Part shown: piece by piece, positions 1 through 9,477 of the stretch
How positions within the stretch are numbered: the stretch's first letter is position 1
How the letters are laid out: each line of letters starts with the position of its first letter
Origin: Burkholderiales bacterium
GTDB lineage: Bacteria; Pseudomonadota; Gammaproteobacteria; Burkholderiales; Casimicrobiaceae
Assembly: GCA_043721275.1 (NCBI GenBank)
Contig: JAYSRA010000039.1
Span: 21,401 to 85,400 of the forward strand
Length of the DNA stretch: 64,000 nucleotides
Reading direction: 5' to 3'
Notes under the pieces: model-generated
The model's database searches: none
Told to the model about the DNA's origin: nothing
The model's input: only the letters and a program-made list of their open reading frames with translations
Position numbers and translations under genes: made by a program

Positions 1-1
1 C

Positions 2-3000
2 CTTGGCACGCTAGCAGGTGGCGCAACCGCCACCATCACGTATTCGATGGAAGCCCGTGCCGACAGCGCTGGCAAAGTGGCCAGCAATCAGGCGCGCGTC
101 ACGTCGGCTGAAACTGGAGCAACGCAATTTAGCTCGGATAACAACGGCGACCCAAGCGACGGTGTTAATCCCACCCTAGTGCCCATTGAAAACCCGGCCG
201 TACCGGGTGTGGGCTCCCCCGCCGGGCTCACCAAATCGATTATCAATACGTCGGAGTCGGCATCAATCGATCCGACCGTTTTGATCGGTGAGGTAGTCAC
301 TTACCGCATCGGCGTGAACCTGCCCGCAGGGCTCACTCGCAACGCCAATATTATTGACACCCTGCCGCTGGGCATGGCCTATGTTGCAGGTTCGGCTACC
401 TTGTCACGCACGTTTAACGTGGGCCTCAGCGCGAGCGGCAATCCTGGTGCGATCAACGCAGCCGCAAGCGGTGTCGCGGTTGCGCTGACCGATGCGCTAC
501 ACGTAATCACCGCCGCGCAAACCGTGACCCTCGCACTGGGCGACGTCACCAATTCCGATAACGATGCGGATGCCGAGTCCTATACGCTGATCTACAAAGC
601 GGTGGTGCAAAACAACGCCAGCAACAACGCCGGTTTTGACCTTATCAATTCAGCCACACTGACCTACAGCAACGCGCTTAACCAGCCCGCTGCGCTCCCC
701 CCGGCTACCACCACAGTGCGCGTGACCGAGGCGCAGCTAGTCACCCAAAAATCAGCTAACCCCGGCACTTTGTTGCCCTCGGGCGGCGACGTGACTTACA
801 CAGTTACGGTAACTAACCCAGTGGGTGCTGATCGCGCCACCGCGTTTGACGTGAAACTCACCGACACCCTGCCAACGCCGCGCGTGACTGCGGTCACCTC
901 GGTGAGCTGTGTGGGCGCACCGGGTGTGGTGGTCAGCAACACTGCCGCCACCTTGCCCACAGTGGGTTGTGACGTATCAAGTTTTGCTGTGGGCGGCAGT
1001 TTGACCCTGACCTACACCGCCACCTACAGCGCCGTATCTCCCACCGCGCTGGCAGTAGGCGACACGCTGCCCAACACCGCAAACACCGCGTGGACGAGTC
1101 TGCCCGGAAGCAACGGCAGCGCTAGCGCCACTCCCGGCGCGGCAGGCACGCCGACCGGCGAGCGCACTGGAGGCGGCACAGGCTCCAATGACTTGACCAG
1201 CAGCGCCACGGCTAACGTGAACGTGGGCGTGGTCACCCTGGCCAAGAGCATCGTCAATCCAAAATCGGCCTACGCCATTGGCGATGAAGTGGACTACAGC
1301 GTGTTGGTGTCGATTCCAGGCAACATCAATCTGGTCACGGTGCTTGACACCTTGGACGCCGGTTTGCTCTACAAAGCCGGCAGCCTCACCGTAGCCAAGC
1401 AATCGGGTCTCACCTTCACGCCCGCCACCCCGGCTGATTTCACTGCGGCTGGTCAAAACCTGTCGCTCGCACTCGGTGCTGCCGATGTGGGAACACCGGT
1501 GTCCGTGAAAACCGTGACCCTCACCTACAAAGCTATCGTGCGCAACGTGATTGGCAATTGGACGGGCGCGAGCCTTGGCAACGCCGCCCGCGCCACCTAC
1601 CAAGATCCCGGCAATCCCGCAGCGACCATCACGACCTCCACGGATCGTAAGGTGGTGACCGTCGGCGAGGCTCTGATTGCGCTAGCCAAGGCCATTGTGA
1701 GCGCCCCGACACCGGTCAACGCGGGCACTGTGATTACCTATGACGTTACGGTTGCCAACGCCGGCACTACGGCAGGCTTTGAGACCATAGTGACCGATCT
1801 CTTCCCGGCAACGCTCGCCAACGCCACGGTGCTTTCAGTCACACCAAATTTCAGCAATGGCTCGCCTACTGCGCCCATCATCACTCCAAGCGCGACTGGC
1901 TGGGCAAGCAGTCCATTCACCTTGAACGCCGGCGATAGCGTGGTCATTCGTTTCACCGCCGTGGTGCAAACCGGGGTGCAGCCGGGTCAGGCCATTGTGA
2001 ACGCCGTGGCCGCAAGCTTCAGCTCGCAATTGGGCGCGAATCCGAACGAGCGCACCGGGGCCGACGGCATCCCGCAAAGCGACCGCACCGCGCCGAACAA
2101 TTACAACGCGAGCGCCACTGCGCCTGCTGTTACCGCGATTAACCCGGTCACCCTTAGCAAAGCCATCTTCCCAGATGCAACGCGCACCCGTTACGCCATT
2201 GGCGAAACGGTGGGCTATCGTCTGCGCGTGGCTTTGCTTGAAGGCACCGTGAATAACCTTGTGGTGAGCGACGCGCTGCCAGCTGGCTTAAGCGTGGTGT
2301 CGGCGGCACTTTCGTCGGGCAACACCGGCATCACCACCAGCAATCCGTTTAGCGCACCTGCCGTAGGCGCAACTGGCACGCTCACCTTTAATTTAGGCAT
2401 CGTCACCAACCCCGCCAATGGCAACGTTAGCGATGATTTCGTGAATATCGATGTCATCGCGCGTGTTGATAATGTGCTCGGCAATCAAAGCGGGACGACG
2501 CTCGCCAATACCGCAAGCCTCGACTACAACACCGCCTCAGGCCCTGCGCCCACGGTCACCACGCCGCCGGTCGGTATCGCGCTGAAAGAGCCCGTGATGC
2601 AGCTGCTCAAAACCACCAACCTCACTGCCGTGTCGTTGGGCGATGAGATTATCTACACCCTAACCCTCGATCACACCAGCGCCAGCACATCAGACGCTTT
2701 CAACCTCGTGGTGAGCGACACCCTGCCCGCCGGACTCACCTACAGCGCAGGCTCTGCAAGCGTTGCTCCGACGAGCGTGGTTGGGCAAACAATCACTTGG
2801 AACATCGGTGCGCTGACCTTGGCGCTAGATCAAACCAGCATCACCTTCCGCGCGCGGCTCGCGCTCACCGCCGCCATCGGCGCGCCGCTAACCAACAACG
2901 CCACACTGACCTATGCTTCGATCGCTACTGGTACGGGTACGGGCACAGGTGGTCGCACCGGCACTGATGGCGTGGGCGGATTGAACGACTACGCCAGTGG

Positions 3001-4846
3001 TGCCACAGCCCCCATCACTCCATCGGATATTCGCAGCATCAGCGCCAGCAAAACGGTGGCAATCGCCCTCGATGCCGACGCTTCCGGCGGACTCACGGCG
3101 GGCGACACTTTGGAATACACCATCGTGCTCACCAACCGCGCGGCCACCGCCCAAACCAACGTAGTGTTCACCGACAGCGTGCCGCTCAACACAACCTACG
3201 TGGCCGCCACGCTCAGTAGCAGCAAAGGCAGCATCAATGATGTGGCTGCGCCGCTTTTGGTGAACGTGGGCAGTATGGTGGCCGGTGAAGTGGTCACCGT
3301 GAAGTTCCGCGTCCGTGTGAACTCGAACACCGCCCCGTCCACCGTGATCCGTAATCAAGGCAGTGTCGACTCCGATCAAATCGTGCCTACCCGCACTGAT
3401 GATCCGACCCTGCCCGGAACCGTTGACCCCACCGATATCGTCGTAGGCGGCCTGCCACCGGTGAATCTCACGCCAGCCATGACCGTGAGTAAAACGGTTG
3501 CGCTCAGTAATGACGTGGTGGCTCCCATCGGCACGATCAACGTGGGTGACAGCGTTACCTTCACCATGATCGTGCAAAACAGCGGCAACGTGGCGCTCAC
3601 TGGAGCTACGTTGACTGACGCCGTACCTGCGGCCTTCACGGTCACAGCCACCTCAGCAAACGCAAGCTTTGTGGGTAACGCCGTCACCGCCAGTATCGGC
3701 AACTTAGCCGTGAATGCGCAGGTTGCTGTAACGGTGACTGCAATCACCAACTCGGCAGGCAGCTTTACCAACCAGGCCTCGGTCGTGAGCACCCAAACCA
3801 CAGCGCCCACGCTCAGCGATTTTGATCCGGTGCAGCCCGGCGCGCAGCCCACCCCGGCGGTGGTATTGCCCGCCAACGCCACCGGTGTGCCAGCGCTAGC
3901 GGTGAGCAAATCGGTCGCCACCAGTGTTGACGCAAACCTTGATGGCCGCTTGAACGCAGGTGAATCGATTCGCTACACCATAGTCGTCAGAAACAGCGGC
4001 ACCGCGCTGGCTAACAACGTGGTGCTGTCAGACACCTTGCCGCCCGGGCTCACGCTAATTGATGTGTCGCCTTCGCAGGGCGCAGTGGTCAGCGGCACCA
4101 GCACCAACATCGTGGTTAACTTAGGCAGCATCGGCCCGAGCGCGCTGGCAACGCTCACCATCACCGCCGGTGTGCCGACCACCGCGCCTATCGGTGCCAC
4201 GTTTACCAACACCGCCACGGCCACCGGCACCGGCATTGCGCCTGCGCCGTCCAACCCGGTCAGCATCGTGGTGCAAGCCCCGGCATCGGTGGCCCCACCA
4301 CTGGGCACCAAGCAGGGATTTGATCGCGGCTTTCCGGTGATTGAATGGCGACAGGTGTGGATCAACGCCGGCAGCGGCAACCCATTGCGCATGCGCATCG
4401 TGGACCCCGTTGACGCAAGCCAAACATTTAGCCCAGGCACCCTCATCTGCGCCCCAACCGGCAGCACCATCGTCACAAGTTGCGCCTTTGATGCGCTCAC
4501 CAAGCGAGTCATTGTTGAGGCAACGGTGGGACCCGATTTGGGCAACACCACCGAGGCGAGCGCGGCTAATGAAGTAGTTATCACCTTCCGCGTGAACGTC
4601 AGCACGGCCGGTAGCTTCAGCAACACCGCAGGCGCTTACTGGGACCGAAACGGCAATGGCGATATTAATGACGACGTGTTGTTCGGTTTGTTGCCGATTA
4701 ACGCCGCTGCTAGCGTGGCAACAGCCCCAGTAGACATTCCAACCATGAACCGCTACGGCCTTTGCCTGCTGCTTTTGGCGCTTCTCCTCTTGAGCGTAAG
4801 CGCACCGCAACGCGAGCCGCGCAGGCGCGCGGCGAGTGAGCGGTAG
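2..4846 (+). CDS. giant repetitive surface/adhesin-like protein (DUF11-type conserved repeat domains), 5' end cut by window edge
   Basis: The frame is open from base 2 (LGTLAGGATATITYS precedes the first Met at 47), so the N-terminus lies upstream. About 10 tandem units each carry a D(T/A)LP.GL.(Y/F)..GS-type motif (IIDTLPLGMAYVAGS, VVSDTLPAGLTYSAGS, VLSDTLPPGLTLIDVS ...). Composition is T/A/V/N-rich beta-strand. There is a C-terminal sorting-signal-like tail. Confidence 0.8.
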   Translation, partial: LGTLAGGATATITYSMEARADSAGKVASNQARVTSAETGATQFSSDNNGDPSDGVNPTLVPIENPAVPGVGSPAGLTKSIINTSESASIDPTVLIGEVVTYRIGVNLPAGLTRNANIIDTLPLGMAYVAGSATLSRTFNVGLSASGNPGAINAAASGVAVALTDALHVITAAQTVTLALGDVTNSDNDADAESYTLIYKAVVQNNASNNAGFDLINSATLTYSNALNQPAALPPATTTVRVTEAQLVTQKSANPGTLLPSGGDVTYTVTVTNPVGADRATAFDVKLTDTLPTPRVTAVTSVSCVGAPGVVVSNTAATLPTVGCDVSSFAVGGSLTLTYTATYSAVSPTALAVGDTLPNTANTAWTSLPGSNGSASATPGAAGTPTGERTGGGTGSNDLTSSATANVNVGVVTLAKSIVNPKSAYAIGDEVDYSVLVSIPGNINLVTVLDTLDAGLLYKAGSLTVAKQSGLTFTPATPADFTAAGQNLSLALGAADVGTPVSVKTVTLTYKAIVRNVIGNWTGASLGNAARATYQDPGNPAATITTSTDRKVVTVGEALIALAKAIVSAPTPVNAGTVITYDVTVANAGTTAGFETIVTDLFPATLANATVLSVTPNFSNGSPTAPIITPSATGWASSPFTLNAGDSVVIRFTAVVQTGVQPGQAIVNAVAASFSSQLGANPNERTGADGIPQSDRTAPNNYNASATAPAVTAINPVTLSKAIFPDATRTRYAIGETVGYRLRVALLEGTVNNLVVSDALPAGLSVVSAALSSGNTGITTSNPFSAPAVGATGTLTFNLGIVTNPANGNVSDDFVNIDVIARVDNVLGNQSGTTLANTASLDYNTASGPAPTVTTPPVGIALKEPVMQLLKTTNLTAVSLGDEIIYTLTLDHTSASTSDAFNLVVSDTLPAGLTYSAGSASVAPTSVVGQTITWNIGALTLALDQTSITFRARLALTAAIGAPLTNNATLTYASIATGTGTGTGGRTGTDGVGGLNDYASGATAPITPSDIRSISASKTVAIALDADASGGLTAGDTLEYTIVLTNRAATAQTNVVFTDSVPLNTTYVAATLSSSKGSINDVAAPLLVNVGSMVAGEVVTVKFRVRVNSNTAPSTVIRNQGSVDSDQIVPTRTDDPTLPGTVDPTDIVVGGLPPVNLTPAMTVSKTVALSNDVVAPIGTINVGDSVTFTMIVQNSGNVALTGATLTDAVPAAFTVTATSANASFVGNAVTASIGNLAVNAQVAVTVTAITNSAGSFTNQASVVSTQTTAPTLSDFDPVQPGAQPTPAVVLPANATGVPALAVSKSVATSVDANLDGRLNAGESIRYTIVVRNSGTALANNVVLSDTLPPGLTLIDVSPSQGAVVSGTSTNIVVNLGSIGPSALATLTITAGVPTTAPIGATFTNTATATGTGIAPAPSNPVSIVVQAPASVAPPLGTKQGFDRGFPVIEWRQVWINAGSGNPLRMRIVDPVDASQTFSPGTLICAPTGSTIVTSCAFDALTKRVIVEATVGPDLGNTTEASAANEVVITFRVNVSTAGSFSNTAGAYWDRNGNGDINDDVLFGLLPINAAASVATAPVDIPTMNRYGLCLLLLALLLLSVSAPQREPRRRAASER
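4736..4843 (+). other. IPTL-CTERM-like C-terminal sorting signal (variant IPTM + TM helix + Arg cluster)
   Basis: The tail reads IPTMNRYGLCLLLLALLLLSVSAPQREPRRRAASER: a tetrapeptide motif, a hydrophobic helix, then a basic cluster, as in the IPTL-CTERM (TIGR04174) tripartite design. Confidence 0.6.
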
Positions 4847-5086
4847 CGTGGCTGCAGAATGTTGAGGTGTGTCGTCCACCCGTCCGACGAGCCCCACCCT
4901 CACAATTTGACGTGATTTATTGTGTTGCAGCGTCAGTGGTTCACTGGGTTTTTGCCAATTCGTTCGGTTTTTGCCTCAAGCGAAACCACTTTCAGGGCCA
5001 CTTTGACGAGTCTGAACGCAGGTTCACCCGCCGCCTAGTGGACAGCGTTCGTTCAATCGTTTTTTGTGCATCGACATCAAGGCGGG

Positions 5087-6054
5087 ATATAAAACCCGGC
5101 CAACAATCCATTCATCGCTTGCACGAACTCGGGCGGCTTTGGGTCGCCACTGCGTGGCGGCACCACCGAAATTTCGTGCCACGTTTCCGCAGGAGTTCGG
5201 CCTTGTAAATTTTGATGCGGTTGCATATGATTGTGAAATTACCTGAATTCATCGAGCGCGATTTGCAGCGAGGCGCGGCTGGGAATCGCGAGTTTGCGCA
5301 GCAGCGGTTTCAGTGATCCAAACAAGCGCTCAATGCGCCCGTTCTGCCACGGCGCGCAGTTGTCAATGCGCTGATGCGGAATGCCAGTGAGCCACAGAAA
5401 CGCCCGAAACGTGAAGCTCGTAAAAATAGCTTCGTTGTCGGTGCGCAGTCGCTTTGGCTTGCCGTGCTGACCAATGGCGAGACAGAGGTGACCGAGCAGC
5501 GTCCATGACTTGCGGTTGATCGCGACCACCAAACGGGTGACCCGCCGTGAGCCGTGGTCGAGGATGCCAACGAGGATGTGTTGCTGCGCCTTGGCATTGG
5601 CAAAGGCATTGGGATTGGCATAGGTCGTGTCGCGGTGAAACGATAAATCCATCGCCCAGATGGCGTTGACCTTGGTCGGTCGTGGTGGTCGGCTCCGCAG
5701 CTCGCGGCGCAGGGCAACGATTGCGTGTTGGTGCGCGGCAATGCCATTGGCGACAAAGCTTTTGCCGACCGTGGTGTTCGTGGCTGCGTGTAGCCGGTTG
5801 AAGGTCATGGCGATGCGGCACACGCCGCTCCCCGGCATCAGCGCTTTGAGACGAAGCACCTCCTGCAACACCCAATCGGGCTTGCGTCGAAAACGTAGCG
5901 TGTTGCATGTGGCGTTGGGGTCGGTGCGTTCTCGGTCAACGTACGCGGCTGCGGTGATTGGCAGCGTTTGCCGATGGCGTGGCCACCACCGACGCACAGG
6001 CCACCGTTGATGCGAGACGGCAGCAAGGATGAAGAATAGCGTCAGCACGAGCAA
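5087..6054 (-). pseudogene. rve (DDE) integrase-core transposase interrupted by an in-frame TAA
   Basis: ORF 5239..6054 carries WAMDLS / RTDNEAIFTS / PWQNGRIERLF (D, D, E). Reading past the TAA at 5239-5241 in the same frame gives FHNHMQPHQNLQGRTPAETWHE, the YN..RPH..L.G.TP motif that normally follows the catalytic Glu. That reading ends at a TGA at 5087-5089. Confidence 0.7.
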
Positions 6055-6112
6055 AAATGGGCGGAAAGGGGTTACTACAGAAAACGGATTCCAAAGTTCG
6101 TTAAGCCCCCTC

Positions 6113-7173
6113 TCAACAGACCGTGACCACGCTTGTCACCCGCTTACACCGCACCCGAAACACCGCACTATCCTCCGGCCGCGATTGCCGGCGGTCGTAG
6201 AGGCGGGTGGTGGAAATGTTGGCGTGGCCGAGCATTTTTTGTACTTTTGCTATGTCGGCTTCGTGCAAGAGGGCGTTGGTGGCAGCGGTGGCGCGTAGAG
6301 AGTGTGCGCCGAAGCCCGTGATATTGATGCCTGCTGTTCTGGCGTAGCGCTTGATTTCGCGGCAGATGCCATCTGGGGTGATGGCGCGTTGGGTGTTGTC
6401 GCGCCCGGTGGCGGTGTAGCCCTGCATGTTGCGGCCCAGGGTACAGAACAGTGCGCCTTTGTTGTCGTCTCGGTGGCCAGCGTGTTCAAGGTAGTGATCT
6501 ATCGCGACGGCGCTCGCAGAGTGGAGCGGTATGTAGCGCGTCTTTGAACCCTTGCCGAAGACCTTGAGCTGCGGCACGCCGGAGCGGTGTTGAATGTCGC
6601 CGACTTTTAAGTTGGCAAGCTCTTCACGGCGCAGGCCTTTATACAGAAACACCGAAAGAATGGCACGGTCGCGTTTGTCTTTGAGGGCGTCTTTCTTCGG
6701 CGCGATGAGCAGGTCACGGGCGTGGAAGTCGCCGAGGGCGGGGGGGGGGTGCCTTCGTTCGAGTCTGCGCGGGGTCGCTTGGCTCCTTTGATTGGATTGG
6801 ACTCGACAGCATTCTTTTCGCAAAGGTATTCAAACAGCGACGAGGTCGCGGCCATCTTGCGGCGAATGGTGGCCCCTGATAGGGTTCGCACTTCAAGGCT
6901 TTTGCGCCACGCGAGAATGTGACCCCGAGTGACGATGCGAAATTCAATCGAGTCTTGAATGCCTGCGAAGCTCATGAAGTCGGTGAGGTCTGCGCGGCAG
7001 GCACGTCGGGTATGCAGGTTGTCGATACCGGCGAACCATTCATGCTCAGGCGGCAGGTCGGCGAGCCCAAAAAACTCGGAGCGCGTGAGGAGTCGGTCGT
7101 TCTTCTCGCCCACGATTTGCGGCGCGGCCAACGTGTTCGCAGATGACGCAGATGGGATAGCGAGCACTTTCAT
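6113..7173 (-). pseudogene. tyrosine recombinase/integrase (SAM-like N-domain + catalytic domain), frameshifted
   Basis: The N-terminal part lies in ORF 6607..7290 (from MKVLAIPS...; ...RGHILAWRKSLEVRTLSGATIRRKMAATSSLFEYL). The catalytic part lies in ORF 6113..6823 (RDRAILSVFLYKGLRREELANLKV, AHSLRATAATNAL, LGHANISTTRLYD). The two frames meet at the C10 run; one extra C would give NEGTPPPALGDFHARDLL. Confidence 0.8.
6740..6749. repeat. G10/C10 homopolymer at the integrase frameshift point
   Basis: gagggc GGGGGGGGGG tgcc, counted directly; on the coding (minus) strand this is a poly-C tract encoding the PPP(P) stretch. Confidence 0.9.
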
Positions 7174-7196
7174 GGTCGGTAGAGCGTTGGAAATAG

Positions 7197-7661
7197 CTAC
7201 TTTTCTGGGGACGCTTTCTGCGTGCTCGGAGCTGTTGAGCCTCTGGAACCAACAAAGTCCCCGGGCGACAGAATAGCTATGCCACGCCACGGATGCAGGA
7301 CAAGCAGGTCTTGATCGCCGGAAACAAAGAGGAACGACCGACTGTCTAGCGCGAGCGACAGAAACTTGTTATCTCGGGTGTCGCGACAGTCATGCACCGC
7401 GGTGGTCGGTTCGGCCATATCGATGCGACGAGCCATTTCAGCAATGATTTGAAAGCGTTGGCCGCGAGGGAGTGACTTATCAAATTTATCGCGCTGAAAC
7501 ACCTCCATCAATTCATCCCACGTCGGAGTCGAGAAGACGGGTTGAAAGTGATCGAAGGCAAGGCGCACTGTTTCACGCAGTATTTCGCCTTTGAACAACA
7601 GTCCACTGACGAGGGTGTTGGTGTCGAGAATGATGCGTGGTTTAGTAGCGTCGGCTGTCAT
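7197..7661 (-). CDS. PIN-domain toxin (type II TA)
   Basis: IILDTNTLVSGLLF...CRDTRDNKFLSLALDSRSFLFVSGDQDLLVL is PIN-like (TIGR00305-type). It overlaps the upstream antitoxin gene by 20 nt. Confidence 0.75.
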   Translation of the reverse strand: MTADATKPRIILDTNTLVSGLLFKGEILRETVRLAFDHFQPVFSTPTWDELMEVFQRDKFDKSLPRGQRFQIIAEMARRIDMAEPTTAVHDCRDTRDNKFLSLALDSRSFLFVSGDQDLLVLHPWRGIAILSPGDFVGSRGSTAPSTQKASPEK

Positions 7662-7968
7662 CGACGAGCTGGGTTACTGCTTCAGGTGTAAGCGCTTTTG
7701 TATCAAGCGCAGGGTCAACTTCGCGTTCCAGAAACGCGCCGAACGATTCGGTGGGACGGTTTTCTGGGAGGCGATTGAGCTGGCCATTCAATAAGAGCAG
7801 CCGACCGATGAGCACACTCGGATCGCTCGCACTAACTTGTCGATCCGACACTGCCCAAAACAGTCGTCGACCGTGCCGAGTGACGCATACCAAATCGTCT
7901 TGAACCGATTCAACGAAATCACCATAGCGACTTTGAACATCTCGGGATGTGACAGTTTGCATGGGCAT
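7642..7968 (-). CDS. Phd/YefM-like antitoxin partner of the PIN toxin
   Basis: MPMQTVTSRDVQSRYGDFVESVQDDLVCVTRHGRRLFWAVS resembles the Phd/YefM N-terminal fold. The gene overlaps the PIN ORF. The start is set at the internal Met rather than the ORF-track start. Confidence 0.6.
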   Translation of the reverse strand: MPMQTVTSRDVQSRYGDFVESVQDDLVCVTRHGRRLFWAVSDRQVSASDPSVLIGRLLLLNGQLNRLPENRPTESFGAFLEREVDPALDTKALTPEAVTQLVDDSRRY

Positions 7969-8000
7969 ACCTATTGTGTTAACAATTACTACAACACACA

Positions 8001-8021
8001 TTGTATCTACTTTATCTACAA
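8001..8021. promoter_or_regulatory. possible operator upstream of the Phd-PIN operon (TATCTAC direct repeat)
   Basis: In ttgTATCTACttTATCTACaa the heptamer occurs at 8004-8010 and 8013-8019, bracketed by TTGTA/TACAA, in the AT-rich region just upstream of the antitoxin start. Confidence 0.25.
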
Positions 8022-8281
8022 ATCGAATAAAGCGAGGCTTTTGTTATTTTCACCCGCAAAATGTCCGATCAAATTTCGCCACCCTACTCCGCCTCATAAT
8101 ATTCGGATAATATGTTTATAAAGAGTATTTTTATTACCAACTAAGTGCACGATTTTCACTGACCAGATCATCGTAAATCTGGATCAAACGATAAAGCAAC
8201 AATGATTCTGTAATCTCGCGAAATCTCTTTCGTTGCGAGGTGTCGATGTTGTCGATAAGTTGTTGGGGGTTTTTGGCTTGA

Positions 8282-8905
8282 CTACATCGGCGCGCTGTCG
8301 GGTTTCATAGTGAGATAGATTTTTCCGCTCAACCAATCCTCATCTTGCTCAGAAAGCAGCGCGCTGACTAGTCGCAAGCAGCTCTCGGGGTTGGGGAACA
8401 AGGTGGCCACCCGTGCGCCGTTTGATCTCTTTGTTGAGTCGCTCCAGGCCATTGGTGGTGCGCATGCGCGCCCGGTGAGGCTCGGGTAGCCCGAACACGG
8501 CAAAGCCCTCGGACAGGTTCTCTTGGGCCCACGTGGCGAGCATCGGATGCACGCTCTGCCAGTGCCTCACGGCAATCTTTAATTTCTCGTTGGCCTCGTT
8601 CACGTCCCCTTGCGGTAAAGACTGCCCGGATGGTGCGTGCCACCGGCTCCCGTTCATCTGCGCGCGTTACGTAGCCGCTGCCACGGACTTGCGGGACGGC
8701 AAAGGTGATGGCTCCCAGACGCGTGAGCATCGTCTTGTTCTTGTATCAGTTAGCGTGATCGACGCGAGCCACAGTCCGCTCAAACGGAGCGTCTTTCAAA
8801 TACGATGCGCGCTCGATCACGCTGGCCTCGTTGACGAGGATTCGCAGTGCTTCGGCGGCTCCATCGAGGCCATGCTCCAGCAGATGCGCGTAGGCTTCAT
8901 TCAAT
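8282..8905 (-). pseudogene. IS256-family (mutator-type) transposase remnant, multiply disrupted and internally deleted
   Basis: Fragments lie in three frames. The N-terminal part is LNEAYAHLLEHGLDGAAEALRILVNEASVIERASYLKDAPFERTVARVDHAN*YKNKTMLTRLGAITFAVPQVRGSGY. The C-terminal part is LATWAQENLSEGFAVFGLPEPHRARMRTTNGLERLNKEIKRRT then ATLFPNPESCLRLVSALLSEQDEDWLSGKIYL. About 200 aa of the central catalytic region is absent. Confidence 0.75.
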
Positions 8906-9440
8906 GAATTCTCAGTTTACGTGCGTAGCGTCATGGAGGAGATTGTTTCTGAATCAGGGATTACTTCGGAGGGGGGCTTCACCCATGAAATTTCGTTCCG
9001 AAATTCCGGGAAGAGGCTCGCTTCGCTCGCCTTCCAATTAAAAATGATTTACAGAAAGAATGTTGCATCACCACGTTGACAGGATGAAGGCAGCGTGTGT
9101 GTCAGACATTTAACTCGTTGGGCACTGATCAGAATAGGTTCTGAAAAGGAATTAAGGCTTTTGGAAAAAATCCATTCCTGCAATATTTTTTTTCGTTATT
9201 CCGGATGTCGATAATTGAAGCGTCAAAAGGCTCTAAGGCGCAGTACATTTTTTTAACAGGCCAATGTACGGGTCGATCAGAAATTGGGGTCAATTTAATA
9301 TCGGCCGACGCGTGAGACAAATGCAAAAACTCACAACGCGGCGATGCGGGTCGCAGCCGGAAGCCTTGCCTTGATTTGTCTCACGCTTTCGAACCTAAGA
9401 GATTGATTTACTTGACGTTAGTTATAGAGTCGTAATGCAC

Positions 9441-9472
9441 AGGTTCGGGGTTCGAGTCCCTGAAGCCCACCA
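9441..9472 (+). tRNA. tRNA 3'-end fragment only (T-arm + 3' acceptor strand), not a complete gene
   Basis: aggtt CGGGG TTCGAGT CCCTG AAGCCCA CCA(c) shows a canonical T-loop TTCGAGT with a 5-bp stem. No complementary 5' acceptor strand or anticodon arm can be folded from the 80 nt upstream. Confidence 0.5.
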
Positions 9473-9477
9473 CATTC

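Noticed and set aside
2927-2953. Short GGTAC/GGGCAC-type tandem (actggtacgggtacgggcacaggtggt)
   Set aside because: It simply encodes a TGTGTGTGG linker within the adhesin. It is not a VNTR of meaningful copy number and not CRISPR-like.
977-4903. Many long minus-strand ORFs (e.g. 977..1603, 2888..3577, 3376..3921, 3973..4626, 4121..4903) inside the adhesin gene
   Set aside because: They are antisense shadows of a high-GC repetitive gene. Their R/G/H/A-rich low-complexity translations match no recognisable motifs, whereas the plus-strand frame has a coherent repeat architecture.
4885-4917. Candidate left att repeat (cgtccgacgagccccaccctcaca) resembling the tRNA fragment tail (agtccctgaagcccaccacatt)
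   Set aside because: Only about 13/18 positions match, with gaps, and a full tRNA cannot fit here because it would overlap the adhesin stop. The evidence is too weak to call, so it is left as a hypothesis only.
9129-9326. 65-aa minus-strand ORF in the AT-rich region
   Set aside because: It has no RBS, low-complexity AT-driven codons and no recognisable motif, so it is probably non-coding island-end DNA.
9441-9472. Possibility that the T-arm/acceptor fragment is the 3' end of a tmRNA (ssrA)
   Set aside because: No tag-peptide reading frame, pseudoknot-like GC-rich body or complementary 5' acceptor (GGGGCTG-type) occurs in the preceding 400 nt, which is AT-rich. The acceptor sequence also lacks the tmRNA G:U signature.
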